This document shows, piece by piece, positions 1 through 12,366 of a DNA stretch of 64,000 nucleotides. How positions within the stretch are numbered: position 1 is the first letter of the stretch; every line of letters begins with the position of its first letter. The stretch lies in assembly GCA_013115125.1 (NCBI GenBank), contig JABANN010000023.1:1-64000 (forward strand), given 5' to 3'. The notes below the pieces were generated by a model, which was given only the letters and a program-made list of their open reading frames with translations, searched no databases and had not been told where the DNA came from. Origin of the DNA: Perkinsus olseni (Eukaryota). Position numbers and translations under genes: made by a program.

Positions 1-168
1 GAGACCAACGCCATCTCTGGTATCATCATTGTTGGTGCTATGCAGCAGCTCTCTGCTTGCGGTGTCTTCGCTCGGATTTGTGCCATCTTGGGTACCTTCG
101 CTGCCGGCTTCAATATCTTCGGTGGTTTCTGGATCACCAAGCGCATGCTCGCCATGTTCCACCGATAA
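1..168 (+). CDS. NNT: NAD(P) transhydrogenase, C-terminal end of the alpha-type membrane domain (partial, 5' truncated)
   Basis: Frame 1 reads ETNAISGIIIVGAMQQL...AAGFNIFGGFWITKRMLAMFHR*, matching the PntA C-terminal TNAISG and NIFGGFxxTxRMLxMF motifs; TAA at 166-168. Confidence 0.92.
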   Translation, partial: ETNAISGIIIVGAMQQLSACGVFARICAILGTFAAGFNIFGGFWITKRMLAMFHR

Positions 169-1021
169 ACGTTGTTGACTCAACAGCTATCCAAGGCTTT
201 ATTGTCTGGGCTCTATTTAGTGTTGAGAGCCTCTTAACGTGGAGGCTTCCCTTCGACCTTTGGATTGTTCTTCACAACTCTACCAATCTCGAAGGTGATA
301 ACTGAACTACCATTTTTTGAATGGCCCTCTGAGGGCTCTACTTGTTGTACAGTCGATTGTTGGATGCGTGCATTAGCTACTATCCTTTACGGCATAAAAT
401 TATTGTTCCTGACAGCCGGAATCCTTCAAACAAATACAATCTATTCCTGTTGTGTTCCAAAAGATTGAATGTTGGGAACTCAAACAGGCACATCACTAGC
501 GACACTCATCTGACTCGCCTCGGTAAGCACGTCTGCTTGGAGATGTTCCCCGTATTGTGTTTGGCACACCACTCTGTCGGTCTGAGCTAGCTACGAGTGT
601 CAGCCCATTGTAGGACCCTTGTGCGCGGTCTGAGCTTTCGGCCTAACAAGCTGTGATGCTCTGATCACTTACTGTTGCGAGTGTACCAATTTGTTTTTGG
701 CCGCTGAGTCCAGATGATAGCTCAGTCCTGTGGTGCCTTGAGTTTGGCGCGCGAAGGCAATGAACTGTATGGTTCACTCCCTACTAAGAATTAAATGAGT
801 GTCGGATGTCTGTAGTGGCCTGTCTGATCAAACTACTATTTCTGGTTTAATCAGATCAGTTTCCGATGCCGGACTTGAAACCCAACACACACTCATCCGC
901 CAGAGATCACCGATAGGAATCATGGTCACCACAACGCTCGAACAGCTTCAATCTCTTCTGCCTTCTCGGTTGAAAAGCCTCGATAGAACTGGTCATCGGA
1001 ACAGTCATAAATCACTTTAAA

Positions 1022-3311
1022 TTAATCGCGAATTGTTCCGATTCGCCGTACCTGTGGTTTGTGCTTGGAGCCTCCGGCAGGTTGCTTGTCAGCACGGCTA
1101 CGCACTGGCGAGGACATTGCTTGCTTTGCCTTGGTCAGAACGGACACTTCCTTTTCCAGTCGGAGTCGATGCTCACTTTCTTTTTCATACCTGATAGCCG
1201 TCCTAAATGAAGTTCCTTCACCCGATGAGCTCAACTCAGCGATCAGCTTTCGGCCTTCCCCCACAAGCGTGTCTCTCTGCTGTTCAACTTGCTCCAGTTG
1301 CTCTCGTAGGCCTGTCATCTTCTCTTGCAGGTCTGAATCTATGAGGCCCCTATATATCGCCGGTGGACAGCAGACCTCACTTTCCTCTACAAGTTTCATA
1401 ATTTCATTTTTCCATTGCCGTTCTTTGGCTTTATACTCATCACTTTCATTTCTCAGCTGATCTCGTTCAGCCTTCGCCTGCAAGTATCTTGAGGTCGACT
1501 CATGTACACCTCAGCACAGCCGCATCGCCGTACCGTCGTTCGAGCATAGATCGCTCCGCTGCTTGGGCTTCAAGGTCTGCCTTCAACTGAGCATGGTCGG
1601 AGCACAGGCCATCATACTGGTGCTGTACAGAGCACTGTAAGGGACACGGCAGAAATGCGAGTAGAAAGCCTCACATCTGCCCTCTCGCACGCCATTCTTA
1701 TTTGGTCATATTTCGCCTCAGCGGTCGTTGCTCGTTTCGTCAACACTTCTACCTCTCTAAGGTGCCTGCAGAGCATCCAGTGGTTTCTCAGCTCCTGAGC
1801 GCGCATTACTCCTGTTTCTCCACTTCTAGGCGAGAGCATCGCCGTTGGGCGAGGGTGAGGAGCTGTTTCGTCGTCGTCAACTCCTCGACTAGGATCTTGG
1901 AGCCTGAGCGAGGTTGTGGCTCTAGGAGTGCCCAGTGGACCCTTCACACCGGTAACTGTTGTGCTCTCATCCACCACCAACTCTGGAGCCTTGCCCGACA
2001 CGTTAGTCATGAAAAGGCCAGTGCCGGGCGAGGGCGCCATCACCAAGCGCTTGGACATCGTCAACGTGCTCAGGAATAGCGACCCCGGCTTTCGAGCTCC
2101 GGCCGATAATGACGATTTATTGTCTCGTCGCAAACACAACAGTAAGATTGCATGATTCAACATCAACATGGCAGCTGGACGAGGACTTAGCCTCTGCAGC
2201 GTCACCCAATCGGTCTTCAGAGTTCGACTTTTCAACCGCTACTATTGCACCTAAGGGACACTACACACTGAGAGACAGCGTCGCTGGCAGAGCATGTACC
2301 TTGCTCGGTAGTGGCATTACACGCTCGATGTCCAGTGACCTCACAGCAGCCTTGTGCCTTCTCCACTGTTGATGCATCGGTTCCATCATGAGCATCGATA
2401 ACTATGTTCCGGTTGATCACCTTTGAGGGTGTTTAGAAACTCAGCCCGAGCAGCCCTGATCCACCTTGCCCTCGAGGATACTCCGGATTCTTTGCAACTC
2501 CACCAGCAGTTTCTCCAGCAAATCTGCGGTCCTTGAGCATCCATCTCGAGACTCTTCAACTCGCTGCCCTCCCCAGGCCGTAGACGAGGCCTGCACTGAG
2601 TGGCCCCAGCAGAGTTCCGCCTCCCTCCCTACCTCACGAGAAGCCTTGTTCTCCTGATGCTGTGCCGACACTCTGTGGTCTCCTCCGCTCCGGAAGGCCC
2701 GCCTGATCACATTCTAGCACGGCTTGCATCGTCGTAGCGGAGACAGAGCTAGCCCCACTGTGAGCGCTGCCACTAGGGTGCTCCAGAGGCTCTTCCTCTT
2801 CGCAGGTTGGGGACTGTGCCGAAGGGCGCGGAGTTCCTCGCTGGCCTCCCTCTCGAGTATCTCATCCAACCGGTCGAAGATACGGTAGAAGGCTGCTAGG
2901 TCAACCTTGCCCTGCCGAGCGTCTTCTTCACAGCCCCTAGACAGACAACAGGAGCGGTCAGGGGTAGGCTTTGGTGATGCTGCTTACGCTTCCTGAAGAG
3001 CTCTCGGAACGTTCACTGCGAGGTTGAGGGCCGGGTAGTCGCCCATGATGGCTTCACAAGCCCGGAGGACACCACCGGTGTTGAGGTACCCTGCGGGGCC
3101 GGGAATGGCCCAGTTGATACTGCTGCCCTCACTACCGAGCCCAGAATCATCAACCTCGTGGAAGGCCGTCTCGATGGTACCCTCTGCTGCCCCAGCGTCC
3201 CCGGCCTGACACGGCTCATGAGTCCAGTGGCGGTGGTGCAGAGGGATATCGAAGATCTACCTGGGTGCCGCCGGCCACGCTTGTCGTGGCCCCCGGTCGA
3301 CGTATTGTCAT
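1022..3311 (-). CDS. Hypothetical multi-exon protein with C-terminal coiled coil
   Basis: Chain of exons flanked by GT-AG introns. Probable start MTIRRPGATTSVAGGTQ at 3311; last exon is heptad-rich (LREQLEQVEQQRDTL...). No family recognised. Confidence 0.55.
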
Positions 3312-3426
3312 TGACAGTACACCCTAGGCTGATGATCACCACTGAATGGTGACGCCTGTCACCGAGGCATCACCGCCGAAGCACTCGAACACAACGCAAA
3401 ATATGGAATTGTCAACTTCGTTAGCA

Positions 3427-4228
3427 TCACATGAGCGTGCAGTCCCTGGCCGGCACGTCTCCAGCGATGAGGGGACGATCGGGTATCTGACAGGCCCCAG
3501 CGAGCGGGCTGAGGATGAGCGAGCAACCCCACCTTGCACCCTGGGGGCAAGGACTCGTTCTCCCAAGGGTCCACGTCGATCGTGGCCGTGAAGATTTTCA
3601 CAGGCTTGCAGGGACACTGCTTCCTGCACTTCACCGCTTCGATATCAGACAAGACCTTCCAAGACCAACATCGGAACACTTGGGAAGCTTCCCTTCCACC
3701 CACGTGCCAGGAGGACTCCGGTACACTGCCAAAAATTGTGTGTCGGCCGTCGAGATGGTCCTGGCGGGCCAGGGTTATGAAGAACTGACTGCAGTTGGTG
3801 TTGAAGCCCGTGTTGGCCATGGAGACGACGCCCTTCCTGTCATGCGAGAGGTGAGAACATATCTCGTCCGGGAAGGGAGCTCCGTAGATGCTCTCGCCGC
3901 CCTTCGGCAGAACCATCTGGGAGTTCCCTAAGACAATCAACTCGTCACTGAAAAGATACTCCTGTCTCACCTCGAGCGGTAGTGCTGCCGCCCAGGGCCG
4001 TTCCGAAAGGGTCGGGGTCACCAGTCTGGCAAAGGGAGCCCTTGATGACCCGATGGAATATGCACCTAGAAGAAGCTGCCGGGCATATCGGGCCCGATGC
4101 TGCTGCCATTACCCGTCGTAGTAGCCGTGCCTGCAGAGCTCTACGAAGTTGCGACAGGCCTTGGGGGCTTCGTTCAGGTATAAGTTTATCTTCAGGACCC
4201 CATGGGTTGTGTTCAACGTCACCGTCAT
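3427..4228 (-). CDS. Cyclophilin-type peptidyl-prolyl isomerase (PPIL3/PPIL1-like) ending in CaaX (CTLM)
   Basis: Spliced: [56 protein letters not shown]...[13 protein letters not shown]...[35 protein letters not shown]...ARDCTLM*. Confidence 0.92.
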
Positions 4229-4508
4229 GAGAAGGGTTAGGAGTAAGATGGCTACAGAGGAACGCATGGGAGCCCAGCATTCTCCAAAGCTGCGCTTCTT
4301 CAGCTGTCAGTCCTGGATAAGACCGTCACGTACCATCTCTTTCGTATTAAACAACGCAAGTAGCAGCAAAAGATGCGCAATGATCGTCGTTTATGGCGGG
4401 AGTGACGGCTTAGCCGACTTATCCCAATAACCGCGTGTGGGGTCAACAAAAAGTTCCTTCGGGCAGATGGGTGTCTAAAACGGTATGGTGACCGCCATCA
4501 TCATCGCA

Positions 4509-5517
4509 CTAGATGGCCTGGCGGCAGGCCTTCAGAGCGTCTAAGTAGTACCTGAGGGAAGGCAATCACTGCTGAGACCACTATGAAGGTCTGGGGACTC
4601 ACTGGCAATGGGCAGCCTCCACAGCTTGCTCCATGCACTGGTTGAGTTGATCTTGCTGGACTTGGCACACGTTACCGGAGCTCTGAAGTAATCGACGCCA
4701 TCCACATGCAACATCACTCTGTTTTAACTACTTGGTTGACTGCCTGTTGTTGTTGCTGTTGTTGTTGTGGCGGAGGAGCAGCAGGGGCGGGTTCGCCCTC
4801 GTGTCTGTGGACGACTTCGGTCTGCCTCGGCCCAACCACCGCATCGACTGCTCTGTTAGCCATCGAGAAGCCAACCCCAGTGGCCATACCTGATCATCAC
4901 AAGGTGAGCGCAGCAGCTCGGCGTCGGTGGCGTGCCCTTACCGGACATCATCGACCCAGCGAGGCCGCTCATCATCCCTCCACCACCCTGCGCTGGGGCT
5001 GGTGGTGGGGCATGCTGGGCAGGGGCAGGGGCGGGGGCTGCGCGAGGCTGGGGTGGGGGAGCGGAGTGCCTTGGCGGGGCAGCAGCTGGTCTACGACCGA
5101 ACCAACCACCTGAATCAACCTCAGATTCGTCCGACCAACAGCTCGGATCGGCAATGAACTTCTGTCGTCAAGGCATCTTGATGCTCTTATGATGCATAGG
5201 AAGCATTAGCCCCTACTCAGGAAGCTGAACTCGAAGTCGATTCTAAAATTGGTTCTCTCGTGTAACATGCGGCTCCACAATCATTTCCGAGTTTGAAAAT
5301 CACTGGGGGTGTTCAATGGACCTGTTCTGATTTTTAGGAGGGCTCCCAGACTTGAATTCAGCGTGTAAGAGACGAGCTTGGAAGCGCTCTTGAAACTTAG
5401 TAGCGGCAGCAGACTATCGAACACCCTCCCTGTTATGAGTATCTTACCTCCACTACTGCTACTGGGGGACGGAGACCGGCGAGGGCCGGAGGAGCGGGCA
5501 CTACTGCGTCGAGGCAT
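4509..5517 (-). CDS. CHCHD2/CHCHD10/Mic17-like mitochondrial twin CX9C protein
   Basis: MPRRSSARSS start, Pro/Ala-rich linker, GGGMMSGLAGSMMSGMATGVGFSMANRAVDAVVG hydrophobic segment, then C-X9-C...C-X9-C (CQVQQDQLNQC, CQYYLDALKAC) before TAG. Confidence 0.9.
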
Positions 5518-5907
5518 TAGGTGTCTACGAGTGTCACCAAACTGAGTGTTGTCCTTGATAGAAACAACGACGGATGTATTCGACCCGAACTTGGAGACGG
5601 CACCATCGCTCCACCACCGTTCGCGCTCCCTAGGCCTTGAGGTGTCTTTTCTGGAGCGCTCGTCGGGTAGGTGTCACCCACCACTTGTCCTTTCATTTAG
5701 TGAAGACATAGGTTGCTTCACCGGAGCACCCAGCGCCTTCTTCAAACTATCACAACCCTAGCTTGTGCTAATGCGCCCGGCTGGGAGCACCCGACACTTG
5801 CAATTCTTGCACTTCCCTAACGCTCATGACGGCTCACAATTAGCGGTTAACACGACTTAGGTGACGGTAACTCATCCTCTCGAGTTTCATTTTCCACCCA
5901 TTACTCC

Positions 5908-7702
5908 ATGCTCGCCAGAGCCATCGCGTCCAGTGCCCACTGGGTCCGTCCCTTGTCAACAGCTGCAGTATCCTCCTGCTTTCGAAACGCCGGCGCCTTA
6001 CCGGAGCCTATGAGACCAATAAGGTCGGCTCAGGACTAGTCCTGTGACTGGTCTACTGTTCTTCTCAGAATCCGTGGCCGAAGCGGCATCCCTATGAGTG
6101 AGGAGAAGACCTTCCCTGAGTACATGTCCTGCGCCACCCCTGGGGCGCCTTTGGTACGCTACCTGGCCCGCTTGTTTTGTATGGTTGGTGGCGTTAGGTG
6201 CTCTCGCCTGTCGCCGAGGGTCATGAGGATATGGACTTGGACGACTGGGCTAAGGCAGTGAAGGCTGAGCTAGATCATAATCTGGCCAAGTAGGGAGCCC
6301 AGCGTTGCGCTGCCCTCCCCCTGGTAGGGTCGGTGGTGCAGGTACGGCGCCATCTATTTTACTTCCGTACCTGAGCTCCACACGCCGCAGGACTTGGCCA
6401 TGCTCATGAGGAGCTTGAAGTGAGTTGTTGTTGCTGCTGCTTCCGGGACGAGCGGTATCATTCTCGTCAGGTACAGGCTGCACGAAGACAGTCACTACCA
6501 GCAGATGATGGCTGCTAGGTCCATGACAAGTACCTTCCTTCTCGTCACTTCCGTCTCCTCATTACTTCCATCATTTGCAGGTACTAAGCTTTCGGACGTC
6601 GTCCGTACGGCCTCAGATGAGCCTCCTGAGTATGCCATTGAACCTCACTCAGAGTACCACACCGCTGGGTGAGATCATTACCGCTGCTGTTGAACTTGGT
6701 GAGGTAGTTGACGTACCTTCAGACTCCCTCACAAGATCGCGTTGTTTGCTCATGGTCAAGTGCCTGACTATGGTGGGGAGTGGATGGTTGTTGACACACG
6801 ACGGGTTATGGAGGACCTCGATAAGGCGGTTGTGAGGAAATTTGATGAGCTCGGTAATAAATTATTCGGTAGGCCTCGGGTGCAGTTTTGTGTACTTTGT
6901 AGGAGCATGTTATAAGGTCTTCTACGAGTCCAGGGACAACAGTGTCATTGGGTAGTTGCTGGGATACGTTGGTGGCGCATGATTTACCATTGTTGTGGTA
7001 TAGATACAACAACTGGCAGACTAATATTAATTGTGACAAGGGCAAGGTTGAGGAGTACCTGAAAGTCCGAGGCTACGACTGGAAGTGGAGTAAGCCTGTT
7101 GTGCGTAGTGGTACTGACATGATGAATCTTGACAGATGATGATGATTCGCTCGAGTACTGGAAGGTTTACCCGGCCATAGTCCCTCATCCGGTCACCGGC
7201 GAGAGGTGCTGGTTCAATCAAATCCACGCTCAACACAAAAGCTTTTACTACTCCCATCCGAAGTAGGGGAGAGTGACGGCTGATCGCGTCTCGGTTCTGA
7301 TGGTACCGCCTGCAGGTACCGTGACATGCCGAGGGATAGCGATCGATTCCCTGTCAATACTACCTATGGCGATGGTAGTGAGATTGAGCCACACGTAAGA
7401 GTCCTTGGGGGTTATTGATGGTTTATCGGCTGGCGACCTCGGCCTTGTCGAGGATACGTCTCTGCTATCTGTATCGGTGTCAGGTGCTCTCACATATTCG
7501 TTCCATTATCTGGAGGAACTGTCATGCAGCTCCCCTTCGTACTGGTGCACTACTGGTACAGGACAACTACCTCACACTACACGGGAGGTAATAATAGTGG
7601 TAACAGTGTCTTTGAAGCGACTCTTCATGTTTGCTCAGGATGGACTATGATGGTCATAAGTTCCCGAAAAGGGAAGTCAGCGTTAGCGTCACTTACAGTT
7701 GA
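5908..7702 (+). CDS. TauD/TfdA-family Fe(II)/2-oxoglutarate dioxygenase (SyrP/DdaC/clavaminate synthase-like) with possible mitochondrial presequence
   Basis: Spliced motifs KYGAIYF, RTASDEPPEYAIEPHSEY (HxE), LPHKIALF...GGEW..VD, AIVPHPVTGERCWFNQIH, TTYGDGSEI, VDNYLTLHGR. N-terminus MLARAIASSAHWVRPLSTAA. Confidence 0.88.
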
Positions 7703-8052
7703 GAAGGTCTATCAACTGTGATGCTACCGATGCATAGGTGATGGTTGCAGTTACTGGTGGCTTGGTTAGTTTTGGTCGTGGCAGGTACTATTATTGTAGT
7801 ATCGTAAACTGCTGCTGCTGCTGCTCAGAATTTGATTACTACAACGGCCGAGTTGAAGCCGGTAAAAAACAACAATAGTAGACTTTCTACCGTTCCCCTC
7901 TTCCGCTGATGTCTGGGTAGTTCATAAGTTCAACTTTGGTAATTTCATTATGCATATTACGTTTCAAACAAAGGGCCTGTGTTGAGCTTGAGTGCGAATT
8001 TATGGTTTCTGTTGATACCAACTTTTCCGCAACTGATGTCCTTCAGCTTTGA

Positions 8053-10501
8053 ATGCCCGGTCGGCTACCTGCTCCTCATCGAGTGACAAGGCCTGATGGG
8101 AAGACATCTTCAGTGCTGTTTGGTCGACTGAGGAAGCCTCCCGCTCCTGAGCCCCTGGGAGAATCTACGGGAGTCCGGCTGAGGGGTGGGAGTCTCAGCT
8201 CAGTTGTTGCCAGAGGGCAGTGATGGCTGCTGTTTTAGTACCCCCAACGAGGTACGCTAATGATGTTGGCAGATTCACGAGGATTGACAGTAGAGATCAT
8301 TACCAGGACGTCTCACTTGTAAGAGGCTGCTCTGTACCGGTGTAGAGAACTGCCGAGTGATCAGATGAATTCACTACAGTTGGAGACGTTTATAGGAGAC
8401 CTTGGCCATCGCCAGAAAAAGGGACAAGTCGTGGACGTTGATGAGGAGTGGTCTCGAGTTTTGGCACGAATGAGGAATCTAGGTGAGTGGCTTGATGTTT
8501 TTCCTAGAGTGGAAGAGTTTTTGATAGGCCCATCGGTATCGGCAGTGTCGATGGTGAGGTTGGTCAAGCATCTGTCAGTGTGCAAGCGATTGCCTCCTGC
8601 CGAGGACGTACTTGGGGTCTTCGAAGCGTGTCTTCTGGTTGACAGCACTATGGACTACTCTTCGCAGTGGTTCAGTCTGGGGACGTTGAGCAGGTAATTA
8701 ACGGGGAGCTAGTCAAGGGCCTTTCGTTGAGTTAGGACGTGTTGGTGATGGGAATGTTAGCGTATCTGCGGTTGTGAGATAATTCCGTTATCTCCAAAGA
8801 ATCTCAAAAAAATTTTATTGTAATAAGAGGGATTAGTTGCGAAGATACTGAAGCACGTGGAGCGGTCCATGACGTAGAAAGTTGTTCGGCAATGTTCAGT
8901 GTGTTCTCTTGGCAATGGGATTGTAGCATAAAATTTCATCTGCTCGATTTGCCGTGCTTCTCCGGGTAGGTTCAGCTTGCATCTGTCCAAGTTGTGTTCG
9001 TCCTTCTCGCGTGAGTCGAGCGGTTTGAAGGAAAGCCAGACGAGGATGCTCAACTCTGGCACGATCGATCGTGTATCACGCTGAGGGTGATGCGGTGGTC
9101 GTAGTGTTTTACTTTCGCTGCAGATTGCCCACGTGATCGAGGTGAAGATAAGAGAGCACATGACGAGTAGCACTGGCAAGAGGCTCCCTCTCAAACCTAG
9201 GTGACAGTGAGTACGAGTACGGTGAGATGTTATGTACTGCATCAGGACAGTGTCCAAGTTGTGTCTGGCGATGGCCCAGTTGCAGAGATGGAGGGACCTT
9301 GAGGCTTGGCGTGCTCTCATGCTGCTCATCACGGCCTGTGTTAGGGATGTGGATCAGGAGCATGTGAGATCGTACCGTTTTGGTTGGGGACCGAGGTCTA
9401 GGTCATCGACGGGGTGTTGTTCCCCTTCTTACTAGTATAGTATTGATGGTCTCATGATCGAACCACTCTCATCAGTGGTTGCAAGAAGCTTGCTCTCTGT
9501 GCTTGACCTGAGTAGATAGAGATTAGTACATGTGAGTGCACTGTATAGGGTTGGTATGGCTAGGAAACGGTACGCTAGGTAGCGCACGGTTAGTGCTACT
9601 GCTCAGATACAACACTGTACTTACGCGATATACCGTCTATTATCCCAAGTACCGGAGGGAACTTCTATGGAGGAGTTGGCAGCCCATGCAGTTGATGTCA
9701 ATGAGCAGCTGGCGAACCAGGCGAGAGCATTGCTACCTATGGCCAAGCATCCACGTAACCTTATGAACATACTCGTATCGTGTGACAGGACGACTAAGGT
9801 AGCTCGGCGAAGGGGGTTTGTTCGGAGACTGCCCGACCATCGTGCGTTGATCCCCGACGCCTGCGTGGACGAACTTGCCAAAACCGCATCAGGCTTTTAT
9901 TCCCTGTTGCTCGGTCTTCTCTCACTCTTTCGCTTCGAGTGCGGTGAACGTGTACAACGCGACTGGCAAAAGGTGTAGAGTTTGGTAGTCTAGCTCATAC
10001 TCGTATTGAGGGCGTTAGAGTCGAGGAAGCCTTGGTGTTTGCGCAGTGATGTGTTACTACAGGTTGCTTTCCTGAGGTGGAGTATACTGGGCCAAAGCCG
10101 TGATGTCCGCCTGTTGGTGGAGGCCTCGCGGAAGATACTAGCTGCTGCTGAGGATGGTACGGCAAGTGCTGCTCAACTTCCAACGCTCTCCACGGTCCAT
10201 CTCCTTCAGAGTGGGATACGATATTTGCCGAGTGCAGCGGCATGGACGTCTATCGGGTGGCAACTGTACTACTGCCACACGATGAGCTCGGCGATAGTCT
10301 CACAAGAAGTAGGTGGATATCTGGCGGAGCGAAGCGTATCATGTTATTCTATTTTCAGTGTTGAGATTGGCCTGGCTCCGAGCGATGAGGGAAGGGCCGA
10401 AGCCGCCTGGTAGTGTTATGCGGCGAGTGGCGAGTATATTATCGTTGGAGGACGAGCTGAAGGACTCTCCCCTGCATGTTTCTGAGCATTCACAAGTCTG
10501 A
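8053..10501 (+). CDS. Hypothetical multi-exon alpha-helical protein
   Basis: Series of Leu-rich exon-like ORFs (8365-8697, 9232-9435, 9667-9978, 10006-10501) separated by GT-AG introns; no recognisable family; boundaries approximate. Confidence 0.5.
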
Positions 10502-10651
10502 CGTTTCTTGGAAGCAACAGACGTTGGGTTCGAACCGGCGTCTTGTTCTCCCGGAAGGCGGTTGCATTAATGGTGATTGTTATCGTTAGTACCGGTTGGT
10601 AGCGGTTTAGTGTACAAACAGTTTAGTGTCAATTTTAGTTTTGTTTCCGCC

Positions 10652-11878
10652 ATGGACCGGCGACGAGCTGTGAGGAGGCGGGTTGGCTTCCTGTGTAAAG
10701 TGATCAGCAGGAGCTCGAGGAGGGTGAAGGAGGATGATCGAAAGTACCTAAGTGAGGAGGTATGTGTTGTGAGATGCTCTCTGTAGGAACCCCTTGGCCA
10801 CCTTAGACGTGGAAGCTTTCCTTGCAGGCATCAATGAGTTGGATGAGTTCTCGGCGACTGAGATGTAGTAGTAGTGCATAGCTTGCCCTTCCTAGTACTG
10901 GAAGTTCGGCTGTCAGCTACTCGGCAGGGGACGGGTGTAAGGTGTATGTGGGTGGACTGGATGATGCCTGCCATTTCGATGAGCTTCGATCGCGGCGGGT
11001 TGGTACTATCATTAACTGTGCCGGAGCTCAGTGTAGGGTGGGATCGTCGCTGGTGGGTGCCTGTTCACTGCCGTGTGCTTTAGGCGCACTTGCACGTCTG
11101 CAGGCTGATGTGGTTGGTGGGCCGAACCCTTATAAGGATGTCCGCTTTCAAGAAGAGTGCTACAAGGAGAAGTTAGATGATAATATCGAGTAGGCGTATC
11201 TTAGCGAGCTGTGTTATGCACGCATCGGCCTAAGATACCTGTCCATTGCTGCTGAGGATATGCCCCGATACCCCATCGAGAGGCACTTCAAAGAGGTCCG
11301 TGGTGGAAACTGGAAATCCCCCGTCCATGCCATTCGCTCAGGTATCGGAATGCTTAGACCGAGCCGTCACTGCCGGTCATTCCGTGTTGATCCACTGCAT
11401 GCAGGGCTTTAATAGAAGCTGTGTGTTGCTCTGCGCATGGCTTTGCGGGGGTATCCGAGGACCTAAAATGGTGAAGTTGTGGTATTCGCCTTCGCTAGGG
11501 AAAGTTGCTGCCCTTTAGAGCCTGTGCGAAGCAGTGGAACTGCTGGCGTCTCGAAGGCGGCATGTCCTTAGCAACCGGGGGTTCCTGGCCAAGCTGGTCG
11601 ATGTCTATTGGCCCCCTAACGTAGAGGAGATCAAGTGCAGTGTTGGTAATAATGCCGGTGCTGGGATTCGAACCTGGGTGGTTCATAATGTGCTCCCAGG
11701 TCCTCGTATTGACCTCTATGAGCAGATGAGGGATGCCCCGGTCCATCTAGTGGGGGAAGTTAAAGAGTGTGCCACGGCAGAGCCAGTGCTGGTGGGACCG
11801 TCTCCTTCCGATAAGAAGCCTCTCTCGAGGTTTGCACAGAGTCGAAGGATGAGGAGGGAGCTCAGGGAGGACAGCTGA
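10652..11878 (+). CDS. Dual-specificity protein phosphatase
   Basis: YVGGLDDA...VGTIINCA, AAEDMPRYPI, catalytic loop VLIHCMQGFNRS (HCxxGxxR), RRRHVLSNRGFLAKL. Confidence 0.92.
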
Positions 11879-12366
11879 GAGGCTACTACGCCTGGGGGAC
11901 AATAAACAGTGCGGCTAGCGGGGGAGTCACGCAGCCGATCCAGCGGAGGAGTGGTATAAGTCCGAGCGTGCTCAAACTTTGTGGCGGCACTCACCTTGAG
12001 GGTTTGTAACGTATGTTTCTTGACGTATCTGGTGACCGTGGTAGTGTTGTGGCCTCCAGAATAATGGAGGGTCTGGGATTCGAACCTGCGTCGTTCCTTG
12101 TTAGGTTGTAAAGGTGTTTTTCATTTAAGATATGTCTGCTCTGAAGGTTTTCGAGGCAGCTCCCGACGCTACTGGTTTCGATAACAGCCAGCCGGTCTCC
12201 CTCCACAACATGATACCGGTAGAATCCTATACTCGATTCATGTGGTGTTAAATAACCCTTGTTAGGCCCCCTACGACTCCCCTGCTTTGATATCGAGACA
12301 GCAGAGATTGTATGATCAGAATGCTATGGTATTCATTATAACTAGAAACAAGAATGACAATACAGT

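Noticed and set aside
170-1020. Possible C/D snoRNA cluster (several TGAT/CTGA motifs, GGTCTGAGCT twice)
   Set aside because: No canonical RTGATGA-CTGA pair with terminal stem or identifiable guide.
12060-12150. Possible tRNA on the minus strand (GCAGGTTCGAATCCCAGACCCTCCA)
   Set aside because: T-stem does not pair and no acceptor, D or anticodon arms can be built.
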